Shown: positions 1 to 8,818 of the stretch, piece after piece | How the letters are laid out: every line of letters begins with the position of its first letter | Position numbering within the stretch: the first letter of the stretch is position 1 | NCBI GenBank assembly: GCA_050013755.1 | Contig: JBEKER010000004.1 | Span: 8,316-72,315, forward strand | Origin: Halobacteriota archaeon | GTDB lineage: Archaea; Halobacteriota; Bog-38; Methanoflorentales; Methanoflorentaceae | Direction: 5' to 3' | Length of the DNA: 64,000 nt | Translations under genes and position numbers: made by a program | The notes under the pieces: generated by a model | Database searches by the model: none | Seen by the model: the letters and a program-made list of their open reading frames with translations, nothing else | What the model was told of the DNA's origin: nothing

Positions 1-2
1 CG

Positions 3-308
3 CTACAAGTCGTTCACAAGCCGACCCTTGTTATTCAGGAAATGCTCCGCGTAGGAAATAGGGCGATTGTGAGCTTCCCAAATTTTGGTTACTTCAGAAT
101 TCGGTGGTACATCCTCACCAAAGGGCAAATGCCGAAAGTCGATTTTTTGCCCCGCGACTGGTACGATACGCCTAATATCCACCTTTCTACTATCAGCGAT
201 TTCCAGGCGTTTTGCCGGACGCGAAACATCGCCATAGAACGACTCATCGGTTTGAAAAGCTGCGCGAGTGGCAAGACGGTGAGACATTTTCAGAACTTGT
301 TGTCTCAA
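3..308 (-). CDS. hypothetical protein, C-terminus runs off left edge
   Basis: 101-codon ORF still open at position 3; no motif recognised; alternative start at MSHRL. Confidence 0.3.
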   Translation of the reverse strand: MRQQVLKMSHRLATRAAFQTDESFYGDVSRPAKRLEIADSRKVDIRRIVPVAGQKIDFRHLPFGEDVPPNSEVTKIWEAHNRPISYAEHFLNNKGRLVNDL

Positions 309-625
309 GTCGGCATATTTGTGATTATGTCAGAACATGAGATTCCGAACTGACACTCGTGTCCAGGTTGGGCGAGTTTCTCTTAAAGTGCGGTTCCTGT
401 AGAATCGTTTTTTCCATAGGCCGCGGATTGTCCCAATTTGCCAAGACAGCCGCACTTCCGGCAAAGTGCGTATTTCTATTAAATATTCAGCACACAGAAG
501 TCTCGCGACCGCGCACTCTAATCCACACCTCCGTGGCATGTAGTTATCGAGTGCGCGAAGCAAAATAATGCCGACAAGACGCTGTCAGACCAAAAGCCTG
601 GCGCCAAAAAAGGGTCTTTAAAACG

Positions 626-1375
626 CTAAACGAGCCTCTCTGGATGTGAATAGGCCGCAAACTGACGCTCACTAGCAAAACATATGAGCGTCACCCCAGC
701 TTGAACTGCTGCCTCGACACCAGTGCTAATAGGTGCTGCTTTCGATAGGACCAACGGTATGCCTGCCCGAGCTGCTTTCAATACCATTCCTGCGGGTTGT
801 CTGCCTGATGACAACAGAAACGTGTAGGAGAAGTCGTTGCCTGCGTTTATGCCAATGACCTTATCAACAGCACTGTGTCTTCCAACGTCGACCGCTTGTG
901 CCAGCAGCTTGCCCGTTGCGTCAAATAGCGCGGCTACGTGGACGCCGTGCGTCTGTCTGCGCGCTTGAGTGTCGAGGTGGTTCAAGCTTTTTTTGAGGAC
1001 CACCTTTTCAAACGTTGCTGCAGACTCAACGCGCACATCTTCGTTCGTCCACCATTTCATCCCAATGCAGCCTGAAGAGCGCACTTCCTGCCAGAGCTCG
1101 ACCTGATCAAAGGACGAGACAACCATATAGGCCTCGTTCTTATCATCATCAACGTCAATGCTTTGAATCTCTTCAAAATTTGAGATGACTCCCTCAGAGA
1201 TCAAGTATCCGATGCAAAGTTCTTTCAGCTGTTCTGGCGTCGCGATGAGCGTCGCGATCCTGACATCGTTAACAAACAGTGTGAGGCTGTCCTCAACAGC
1301 TACGTCATCGTAGTCCGGATGTTGGCCGCCGTCATAGTCCATGATTACTCTGGGGAACCGTTTGCTATAGCTCAT
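626..1375 (-). CDS. fdhD: FdhD-family sulfurtransferase (formate dehydrogenase accessory protein)
   Basis: 249 aa; FdhD-like stretches GRHSAVDKVIG and SSGRQPAGMVLKAARAGIPLV, internal SSGC loop; typical length. Confidence 0.85.
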   Translation of the reverse strand: MSYSKRFPRVIMDYDGGQHPDYDDVAVEDSLTLFVNDVRIATLIATPEQLKELCIGYLISEGVISNFEEIQSIDVDDDKNEAYMVVSSFDQVELWQEVRSSGCIGMKWWTNEDVRVESAATFEKVVLKKSLNHLDTQARRQTHGVHVAALFDATGKLLAQAVDVGRHSAVDKVIGINAGNDFSYTFLLSSGRQPAGMVLKAARAGIPLVLSKAAPISTGVEAAVQAGVTLICFASERQFAAYSHPERLV

Positions 1376-1586
1376 AGCCGCCCTAATTATGTAGATACGA
1401 TACTTAAAGGCAACCGGTGATCTGCGGGGTGCCGATTGGCGTTCTTGGCGCGTTTAAAGTGCTCACACAGCCGGCTTTGTTGTTTGGCCAGTTGAACCGG
1501 AACTGAACAGCGGAAGGCAAAGCGATGAGGTCGCAATGTGTGAACGCCTGTCGAAGCGAGCCCCTGTATCGAATGATCTTCCCCAC

Positions 1587-2591
1587 CTATGGATGGCCGG
1601 AGGGCGTTAGGGTGAAGACCGTGATCTCCGGCGGGCAATTGATCCTCATACGGATTATGCTCGTCCCTATTCCACGGTTCGTGTAGTGCGTCATGTCGCC
1701 GACGCGATATCGTCCAAGGGGGTACTTTCGAGAGTACAGACCGCGAATTGGAGGCCCTATTCCCGGCACTATCCACTGCCCTCCGTGCGAGTGCCCCGAA
1801 ATCTGTAAGCTAAATCGCCCTGTACTCGCGCTTACATCCGCGAAATCGGGCTCGTGGGCCAGCAGGATTGCGGGTCCGATAGGCGGGAGCTTCTTCAGCA
1901 CCTTATCCAACCGATGTTTACGCGACGCTACGCTATCAACGCCAGCAACGTGCAACGTCGCTTGTCCCTTGTTCACCGTCATTACGTCGTTGCTTAGGTC
2001 GATAACGTTGCTTTCCCACAATACGTCGCGAACGGCTGTCGCTCCGACCAGGTGATCGTGATTGCCGAGCACCGCGACACTGCAGTCTTTCGGCCTCAAC
2101 TTGTTCAACGAGACGACCATCTGCTGAGACAGTCCGTCAACCTCGTACGAGAAGAGATCGCCTACAATTGCTACTAAGTCAGGATGTTGCTGGTTAATAA
2201 GGTCGATCACCTCGTCAAAACGCTGCGCGTTGAGCCATTCATCCAAATGAATGTCTGCAATACCTGCAATCCGGTATCCGCGAAACGCAGGATCGAGGTC
2301 GGGTATAGTCACCTCAACGTGGCCGATCTCAAACGCGCTCGGCTCAAATCCGCCTCGGTGCATCTTTTTCAGCAAGCGAATTACAGCGCGTTGTCTCTTG
2401 TTACGCCGGCGCAGCACTTTTGAATCGCTTGACTTTTTCATTAGTTGCTCCTTGAGCTCAACAACACGCAGTTCGCCGTTTTCTGGTACACTGCCTAAGA
2501 TAAGAGACAAATGCCGCTGCGCGCCGCTCAAGCGCAGGGGCCGAATTGCTGCAACTGAACGAGTACTTTCAGTAGCGAGATACTTAAACAT
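1587..2591 (-). CDS. calcineurin-like metallophosphoesterase (YkuE/YaeI type)
   Basis: Motifs IADIHLD, GDLFS, GNHDH, GHSHGG in canonical order; true start may be an internal Met (MKKSSD). Confidence 0.8.
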   Translation of the reverse strand: MFKYLATESTRSVAAIRPLRLSGAQRHLSLILGSVPENGELRVVELKEQLMKKSSDSKVLRRRNKRQRAVIRLLKKMHRGGFEPSAFEIGHVEVTIPDLDPAFRGYRIAGIADIHLDEWLNAQRFDEVIDLINQQHPDLVAIVGDLFSYEVDGLSQQMVVSLNKLRPKDCSVAVLGNHDHLVGATAVRDVLWESNVIDLSNDVMTVNKGQATLHVAGVDSVASRKHRLDKVLKKLPPIGPAILLAHEPDFADVSASTGRFSLQISGHSHGGQWIVPGIGPPIRGLYSRKYPLGRYRVGDMTHYTNRGIGTSIIRMRINCPPEITVFTLTPSGHP

Positions 2592-2769
2592 TTGGCGATT
2601 TTACAGCGTGGCGTCTCTGGCACCATTTCTTGCTCAGATTCTATTTCAATCAGCTGTCAGTATGCAAGTTGGAGCGGCGTAAATCGACGGAAAGGAGCGA
2701 GTGTAAGCAAACTTTGTCGCGATAAGACGTATTATTACGTGTGAGCGGCTACACTACAGTGTCGAGAAT

Positions 2770-2840
2770 GCCAGCCTGGCGGAATGGCTACGCAGCCGCC
2801 TGCAGAGCGGCGTATCCCGGTTCAATTCCGGGGACTGGCT
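2770..2840 (+). tRNA. tRNA-Cys (GCA), copy 1
   Basis: Hand-folded cloverleaf: acceptor GCCAGCC/GACTGGC (one C6-A67 mismatch), 3-bp D stem, anticodon stem GCCGC/GCGGC with loop CTGCAGA, T arm CCCGG-TTCAATT-CCGGG, discriminator T. T6 run follows at 2845-2850; AT-rich box GTATTATTA about 35 nt upstream. Confidence 0.8.
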
Positions 2841-3372
2841 CTCATTTTTTGTCCCTTCTGACACCCTAGTTTGCGTGTGTGTAGTCAATTCTGATCCTGA
2901 AACTCTATTTTTCTTATCTGTCGGTGCATTGAGTAGGTGTCGGTGGGCTAGTTTCTTGTTCGTTTCAGATGATGCACAAAGACTAGAGGGTAGTCCCTAG
3001 TTGTGCACGCACGGGCCGGATTTTTCCAAAGGAGCGGCCATCGATTAAGTCGCTCGGTGAACAACCCCGAGCAGAAAAGGGACGCCGCTCGTTTTGATCC
3101 TTGCTCGCTATGCGAAATCGTGTTCCGGAGTCAGCATTAATTAAGAGCGTATTCGTGTAAGTCTCAGCGACAAACGACGGATGTTCCTTCTTTCACCGCA
3201 GCCTGACCCTTATTATCGTCTCATAGCGGCATCTCCATATAGGAGCTAGCTTATCAAGCAGAACCTGCTTGTGGGGTTGGGGAGATCGCGACTGTGTGCA
3301 GTCTTTTTTTAGGTACACCTGCGGGTGGCAACCGAGTTCGTAATCGAGGGCAACCACTGGTCCGTACCCGGC

Positions 3373-4989
3373 CTACTCAAACAAATCACTCGTGCATAAC
3401 TGTTTTATCGTATCGAACAGAGCGTCCATAGAAGTATTCGTCTTTAGGGGCACATCCTCATCAAAAAGTATGTTCCCCTCAAGCGCCTTGGACCACTGGG
3501 CAGCAGTCGAACGCATTCCGACGTTTATTGCATAGTCGATTATAGAGGGAATCATTCGGACCGTGTTTTTTATGTGTGTCACGATCGAGTTGTCTCTCGC
3601 GATTTTGTTTCGTTCAAATCGTGTTTTCAGATCATTTTGCGTGCCGACGATAAACGCTATCTGCTCCTTAAAACCAGCAGCTTTCCTGGTTGCGATCGCA
3701 CGCTTTAGATTGTCTAATGCTGATATTGCCCCGTCGATATCCGCGAGAATAAGATCCAATTCGTTGCCGATGATTCCCGCGTCGCACGCAACGTCATTCC
3801 TCATAAGATCGTACTCTGATCTTACTCTTAGCAGCTCTAAAATCGCATCCAATTGCCCAACGCCTCCGTATATGTCTCCCGGTCTCCAAGTCGAAACGAC
3901 GGGAAATTGCATGCCGAGCTCTTCGGCTATCCTGCTCGCTCGGCTGAGGTAGTCGGCGCCGCCTTTGCCCCCAACATAAAATGTGATTCCGATGCCACTG
4001 AAAGCGATCAGCATAGACTCTGCCCTCAGCGATACGTTTGGCAACATCTGCTCTAGCGCTGGACGTATGCCTCCTTTGAACTCTACGCTTGTATTGCACG
4101 CGCGGCACGTCGCTACGAGCTTGTCGTCAGGTGAGTGGACCACCTCGACGTCAGCTTTACCATTGCAAGGGCAATGATACCAAATGGGGGTGGCGATCTT
4201 TGTAATTGGATCTTTCTGCGATTCGACCATCAATTTTGCGTACTGATCGACGTGTTCCAACATGAAAGCGATTTCGTCCTTGAACACCTGTTGGCACTGT
4301 GAAAACCGCGCGAAAGCCGTTTCATACCCGCATTCCTGAATCAGGTACGCGAAGAAAAATGCATTAAAATCAGCCGCGTTAGTACTTCTTTCGTTGGCTC
4401 GATCGATCACGTCAAACACATCATGGGTACAGAGATCAACATCGGGGGCCTGTAGTCCCAAATGCTTAGAATGCTTCCTGACTGAATCTCTTGACTCGAT
4501 CGCCCAGCGTTGAATCTCGCTTTTCATCTTCTCTACTTCGTTATTGTCTGGCTTTGGAACGGCGCGCATGATCTTATTGTTGTAAGTTTGAGCGACCGAT
4601 AAATGCAAGCTGAGCGTACCGTTTCGACTTCTGACACTCGGGAGCTGTGCCTCTCGGAACCACCGTTCTTCAGCGAAGTCTTGGTCCGCAAAACAAAAGA
4701 GCTCGGCGACTGGACAGTCGAGCTCGTTTCGCAATCGTTCGGCCACTGCGTGAACGAGCACTACCTTTCGCACGACGCCACTGTACGGGAAAAGATTTGG
4801 TTGGTGGGCCGACATCAACAAAATTCCTTCGTAGTCTACGCTAAGCGGGATGTTGGCATCGTTATGAAACGCAGCGACGTGTTCAGCGAACGCCTTGCGT
4901 CTGCCCAGCATCTTGCCATCCGGGTAAATGGCGTGACCTGCAACAACTCTTGTCAGCTCCTGCAGGTTTCTACATTGATCTCCTTTCAT
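3373..4989 (-). CDS. large uncharacterised protein with BshC/WbqC-like N-terminal motif and an internal zinc ribbon
   Basis: ORF 3373-5184; likely start at MKGDQ (ATG at 4989). SAHQPNLFPYSGVVRKV...FCFADQDF resembles the HQP..F.G..Y..K / DhD motif pair of BshC and WbqC-like proteins; WYHCPCNG...(20)...CRACN is a 4-Cys ribbon. Confidence 0.6.
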   Translation of the reverse strand: MKGDQCRNLQELTRVVAGHAIYPDGKMLGRRKAFAEHVAAFHNDANIPLSVDYEGILLMSAHQPNLFPYSGVVRKVVLVHAVAERLRNELDCPVAELFCFADQDFAEERWFREAQLPSVRSRNGTLSLHLSVAQTYNNKIMRAVPKPDNNEVEKMKSEIQRWAIESRDSVRKHSKHLGLQAPDVDLCTHDVFDVIDRANERSTNAADFNAFFFAYLIQECGYETAFARFSQCQQVFKDEIAFMLEHVDQYAKLMVESQKDPITKIATPIWYHCPCNGKADVEVVHSPDDKLVATCRACNTSVEFKGGIRPALEQMLPNVSLRAESMLIAFSGIGITFYVGGKGGADYLSRASRIAEELGMQFPVVSTWRPGDIYGGVGQLDAILELLRVRSEYDLMRNDVACDAGIIGNELDLILADIDGAISALDNLKRAIATRKAAGFKEQIAFIVGTQNDLKTRFERNKIARDNSIVTHIKNTVRMIPSIIDYAINVGMRSTAAQWSKALEGNILFDEDVPLKTNTSMDALFDTIKQLCTSDLFE

Positions 4990-5422
4990 GAGTAACTCTG
5001 AAATGCGGCTTGAAACGTGCAAAACCTCGCGCCTTTGCTCGGTGGGAGTAACGCGCACAACAATATGATAGTTTCTTTCGCGGCAAAAACTGGCGTAACA
5101 AGTGTGTCGGCAAGCGTAAGCTACCGAGCGCGACTCCAGGCTTGCTGAGGTGAGCTTCACTCGCAACGCAAATGGATGTAGCACAGAAGGCGTAGCCGGG
5201 GCCCCGAGCGTGAGGTTGGGCCAGTACGAAATGGCTTTGAAAAGAATGGGGGCTATGAGGCGCAGTCGCGCTCATACGCGCCGCACTTTGGCCGCTAAAA
5301 AGGAATACGAGACACTAGGAGTGAAGCCAAATTCACCAAAAAACAAGGCAAAACAAGGCGAACTACACATGAACGAACTGGACGACAAATTGCTTACGTA
5401 CCTGTACATTATCGTGACCAAA

Positions 5423-5683
5423 CTACTTAGCGAGGCGATAGAGGCTTTGCCGTGCATCTTCTATGTGAAAGATGCGCGCTACAAACCCCCCCTCTTTGAG
5501 TCGCTTAACTGCATATCTCACCGTTCTATACGGCAAATATGTCTCCTTTTCGATATCGCTCAAAGTCATTGTTCCGTTGTTCTCAAGCGTCTTAAAGACT
5601 AATTTCACACTCGGAGGATACTCTCTGAGCCGCTCTGTGAAGGGCTCGTTGTTCGAAATTGCTTCTGCAATCATACCGTTCAT
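5423..5683 (-). CDS. small winged-helix transcriptional regulator
   Basis: MTLSDIEKETYLPYRTVRYAVKRLKEGGFV is a typical wHTH recognition helix plus wing; start chosen at MNGMIAEA (ATG 5683); lies at the edge of the lower-GC islet. Confidence 0.6.
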   Translation of the reverse strand: MNGMIAEAISNNEPFTERLREYPPSVKLVFKTLENNGTMTLSDIEKETYLPYRTVRYAVKRLKEGGFVARIFHIEDARQSLYRLAK

Positions 5684-5742
5684 GGTATTCACCAAATAAA
5701 TTAACGGCGTTAACAATATAAATATGTTTCTCGACTGGGTTC

Positions 5743-5779
5743 TGTTAAAATGAGCGTTGTTAAAAGTGGGTTGTTAAAA
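5743..5779. promoter_or_regulatory. three direct TGTTAAAA repeats at 14-15 bp spacing in a divergent intergenic region
   Basis: TGTTAAAA at 5743-5750, 5758-5765 and 5772-5779; TTAACggcgTTAAC at 5701-5714; lies between the wHTH gene and ORF 5838. Confidence 0.35.
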
Positions 5780-5837
5780 AAGGGTTGGTCGCAGAGGTCA
5801 CTTTTTTTTAGTTTCTTAGTTTTTAGGAGGTGACAAA

Positions 5838-6059
5838 ATGAAAATCTGTATTGAATTAGATGAAAAGATGGAAGAGATGTGGGAGACTGTGAAAAGAAAC
5901 TTCGAGTTTGCTTTTCGGCGCACGCATGAAGTATCGGTTACTCTGCCTGATTACATAGTGTTCGAGGGCCTTCTCGAAGGCTTTGAGAATGAGATGGTTA
6001 CTATGTTTTTTCCAGCTAAGTTTACCGACGAACAAGTTCAGATTATGAGTAAACGATAA
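5838..6059 (+). CDS. small hypothetical protein (possible ribbon-helix-helix N-terminus)
   Basis: 73 aa; strong SD AGGAGGTGA 5 nt upstream of the ATG; N-terminus KICIELDEKMEEMWETVKRN has a beta-strand then helix pattern. Confidence 0.5.
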   Translation: MKICIELDEKMEEMWETVKRNFEFAFRRTHEVSVTLPDYIVFEGLLEGFENEMVTMFFPAKFTDEQVQIMSKR

Positions 6060-6066
6060 TAACACA

Positions 6067-6927
6067 TTACGCAGTAGCTCGGTATCGCTTCCAATTAAGC
6101 CATTTTTTTAAAAGGCATCTGATAAAGCTTTCTGCCTCTTGCAAATCCAAGATAGAGCCACTGCGAATTTTTTTTCCTTGCGCGATTCGTTCTAGTTTCT
6201 GTTGTTCGCATTCAACTCGCGCATGCCGGCCACCGTATAAGCCTCTGCGTCGCACAGCATCGTAGCAGTGTGCTGAATCCTTAAAGTCCATTATCTTATC
6301 GAATGTCGTCCACTGCAGAAGTTTGCCCTTAGTGGGGTCTTTATGTCCATCAACGTCTCGCTTGATAATTTCATATATTTTATACAAGCTATAAAAGGAG
6401 GTTTCTTGGGCGAAATAGTAGAGTGCGTCTAATACATTACTATTAATCTCATCATCGCACCGATTTAGGTAATAACCGTGCAGATGCTCTTTTCGTTCTG
6501 AAGGCTCTGTGCCACTTGTTTTGACTAAACCATTACCAGTTACTTCGACAGAACCGGCAGATGCAGCAACACCTTTTAGCGCCGGAAGAGTAAGAGCAAC
6601 ACTTTGCCAGCCATCTCCGCGCGTGATAATCGCAGCTACATTCTCATTGTCAACTACAATCTTGCCGCTACCAATGTTGATAGATTGAAAATCTCCGCCA
6701 AGTTCTAGCTTTGCGAATGCCTTTATCATTGTAATCAGTCTTTCAGCTGATTCGTGTACTTCGGCGGCTGTTAGGTTTGAAAAACGACAAGAGGTTAAAT
6801 AGCATCCTTCTGCGTCTTTGAGCTTTCCTAAAGTACAATTAGGGGAGTCTAAGAAATGGTGCAACCGTTTCAGTTCATTTTCATTCCCGAATACCCTTAC
6901 GTAAGCGTTGAATTTATTTTCTTCCAT
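6067..6927 (-). CDS. hypothetical protein (286 aa), lower-GC islet
   Basis: Long uninterrupted ORF in an AT-richer segment; no motif recognised. Confidence 0.55.
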   Translation of the reverse strand: MEENKFNAYVRVFGNENELKRLHHFLDSPNCTLGKLKDAEGCYLTSCRFSNLTAAEVHESAERLITMIKAFAKLELGGDFQSINIGSGKIVVDNENVAAIITRGDGWQSVALTLPALKGVAASAGSVEVTGNGLVKTSGTEPSERKEHLHGYYLNRCDDEINSNVLDALYYFAQETSFYSLYKIYEIIKRDVDGHKDPTKGKLLQWTTFDKIMDFKDSAHCYDAVRRRGLYGGRHARVECEQQKLERIAQGKKIRSGSILDLQEAESFIRCLLKKWLNWKRYRATA

Positions 6928-6974
6928 AAATTTTTCAACAGTAGTAAGAGTTCTTCAGCTATAAAAAATAGGCA

Positions 6975-7600
6975 TTAAGCCGAAAAGAACTCCGGCTCAA
7001 TCCCCAACTCAAACATTTCCTGTATCACAACGCAGATGTTGTGACACAACACTTTCAGCAACACCTCGTTAATCTGCGCCACCTCGGTCTTGCTCCTTAC
7101 CGAATCTCCAAACTTGCTCTTTATCATATGAAACGTCGTCTCTGCGTTGCTCCGCTTGTGGCAGTGCTCTAGGAATTCTTCATTCCTAAACTCGAAATAG
7201 TGGTACATCTTCTTCCACGTCGGCGCGTTTTTGGCCTTTCCTGTGGTTCCTTTCTTAAATGGAATATACGGCACAGCCCCTAACTCGTTTATCAATTCTA
7301 AATTGGCTCTTGAAGAATACGCCTTGTCTCCCGACCTCTTTGACGTTGAAATTCTGAGCAGTCTGCGTCACCAGTTCTGGTAGAAACTTACTATCGTGTT
7401 CGTTCGTCATCGTCAGCTCAACGGCAGTAACGATATTCGTCTTGACACCACAAGCTAGGTGCGCTTTTATCCACGTCCTAACGTCTTTGTCCTTCCCGTA
7501 TTTGTGGTCAAACCACTTCACGAACCTCGAAGTTCCGAATCCTGAACTGTCTATCGTGAAGTCGTTTTCGACAGAACTCGCGGGAGCGATACATGATTGA
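6975..7600 (-). mobile_element. degraded IS4/IS5-superfamily element: 5'-truncated, frameshifted DDE transposase
   Basis: Two overlapping frames (7255-7521 and 6975-7295). Reading across gives FTIDSSGF (D1), SGDKAYSS (D2, at the frameshift) and CHKRSNAETTFHMIKSKFG (Y(2)R(3)E(6)K signature with Y to C). N-terminal ~100+ aa are missing. Confidence 0.7.
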
Positions 7601-7657
7601 GGTAGAGAAAACTTACAGGTAAGTTTAAGCGCTTTGCAAGCGATTGTTTAAGATATT

Positions 7658-8137
7658 ATGGATAAGGCTACGGTATTTGCATTGAACGAGTATATGCTTA
7701 AGATTGGAGCAGCCATCCAATGTTCAAGTCGCGTTTCAGATTTCATGAGGCAGTACGAGACGCTTTATGGCGATGAAATTGGTGATATCTTCATTACAAA
7801 CTACGCTAAAGATGACAAAATCCGCTTTGAGAACTTATGGTTCTTTTCAGAAAAGCGCTGGTGGGAAATGCGGGACTTTCTTACCGAAGACCAGATAGCT
7901 CTGGTCAACCTGAAAAACCGAGTTCAATCTTGGACCGTGCAAAAAAATGACTACGATTTTAAAGATTTTGAGGGTGACTACTACAACAACACCGCCGCAT
8001 CCGCGTCATCAACACTCTCTCTGTCGGTAATACTGACAAACGAGCAGACTTTAAGATTTAAGGCTGCAGGAAAGAACTGTGACTTCGTTTATAAAATCCT
8101 AAAGGAACACATAACTAAGAACGAAAGGCTAGATTGA
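7658..8137 (+). CDS. hypothetical protein (159 aa) between the two IS remnants
   Basis: ORF only; AT-rich codon usage like the rest of the islet; no motif recognised. Confidence 0.45.
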   Translation: MDKATVFALNEYMLKIGAAIQCSSRVSDFMRQYETLYGDEIGDIFITNYAKDDKIRFENLWFFSEKRWWEMRDFLTEDQIALVNLKNRVQSWTVQKNDYDFKDFEGDYYNNTAASASSTLSLSVILTNEQTLRFKAAGKNCDFVYKILKEHITKNERLD

Positions 8138-8151
8138 GTAAGGAGCTAAAA

Positions 8152-8190
8152 GCTGAATTCAATCCCCAGCTCAAACATTCCTGAATAACG
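8152..8190 (-). repeat. second remnant of the same IS (last ~12 transposase codons plus 3' flank)
   Basis: TTCAATCCCCAGCTCAAACATTCCTG matches CTCAATCCCCAACTCAAACATTTCCTG at 6994-7022 (same orientation, 1-nt deletion). Confidence 0.55.
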
Positions 8191-8323
8191 CTGTGTCCAG
8201 GTCCGGAAGGGAATGTCAGGTACGCCCCCCCCAGATAAAAAAACGCATTTTTCGAAAGACTATCGTCTCTTTCTTCTCACTGTGCTAAGGTAACGCACTC
8301 AAATGCACTCCGTTTTCCGAGCG

Positions 8324-8354
8324 AAAAAAGAAGAAAAGGCGGGTGCGCCCCGCC
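8324..8354 (-). terminator. hairpin plus T-rich tract downstream of glnK
   Basis: Minus strand reads GGCGGGGCGCACCCGCC followed by TTTTCTTCTTTTTT, 15 nt after the glnK stop. Confidence 0.4.
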
Positions 8355-8368
8355 TGTGATGCCGCGCA

Positions 8369-8818
<450 letters not shown>

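Noticed and set aside
2841-3372. Possible structured ncRNA downstream of tRNA-Cys copy 1 (local hairpin CTAGAGGG-TAGT-CCCTAG and others)
   Set aside because: No match to any RNA family signature I can recall. Isolated hairpins are expected by chance. It is left only as part of the unexplained-gap finding.
6067-6927. Possible HEPN-like R-x6-H (RGLYGGRH) near the C-terminus of the 286-aa islet protein
   Set aside because: A single loose motif match without the surrounding helical HEPN context. It is too weak to call a nuclease or toxin.
8197-8226. CCAGGTCCGGAAGGGAATGTCAGG resembles the SRP RNA helix-8 core (CAGGUCCGGAAGGAAGCAGC)
   Set aside because: Only about 15 nt are similar. No flanking helices 5, 6 or 8 can be drawn. 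It lies inside IS-remnant and terminator sequence next to glnK.
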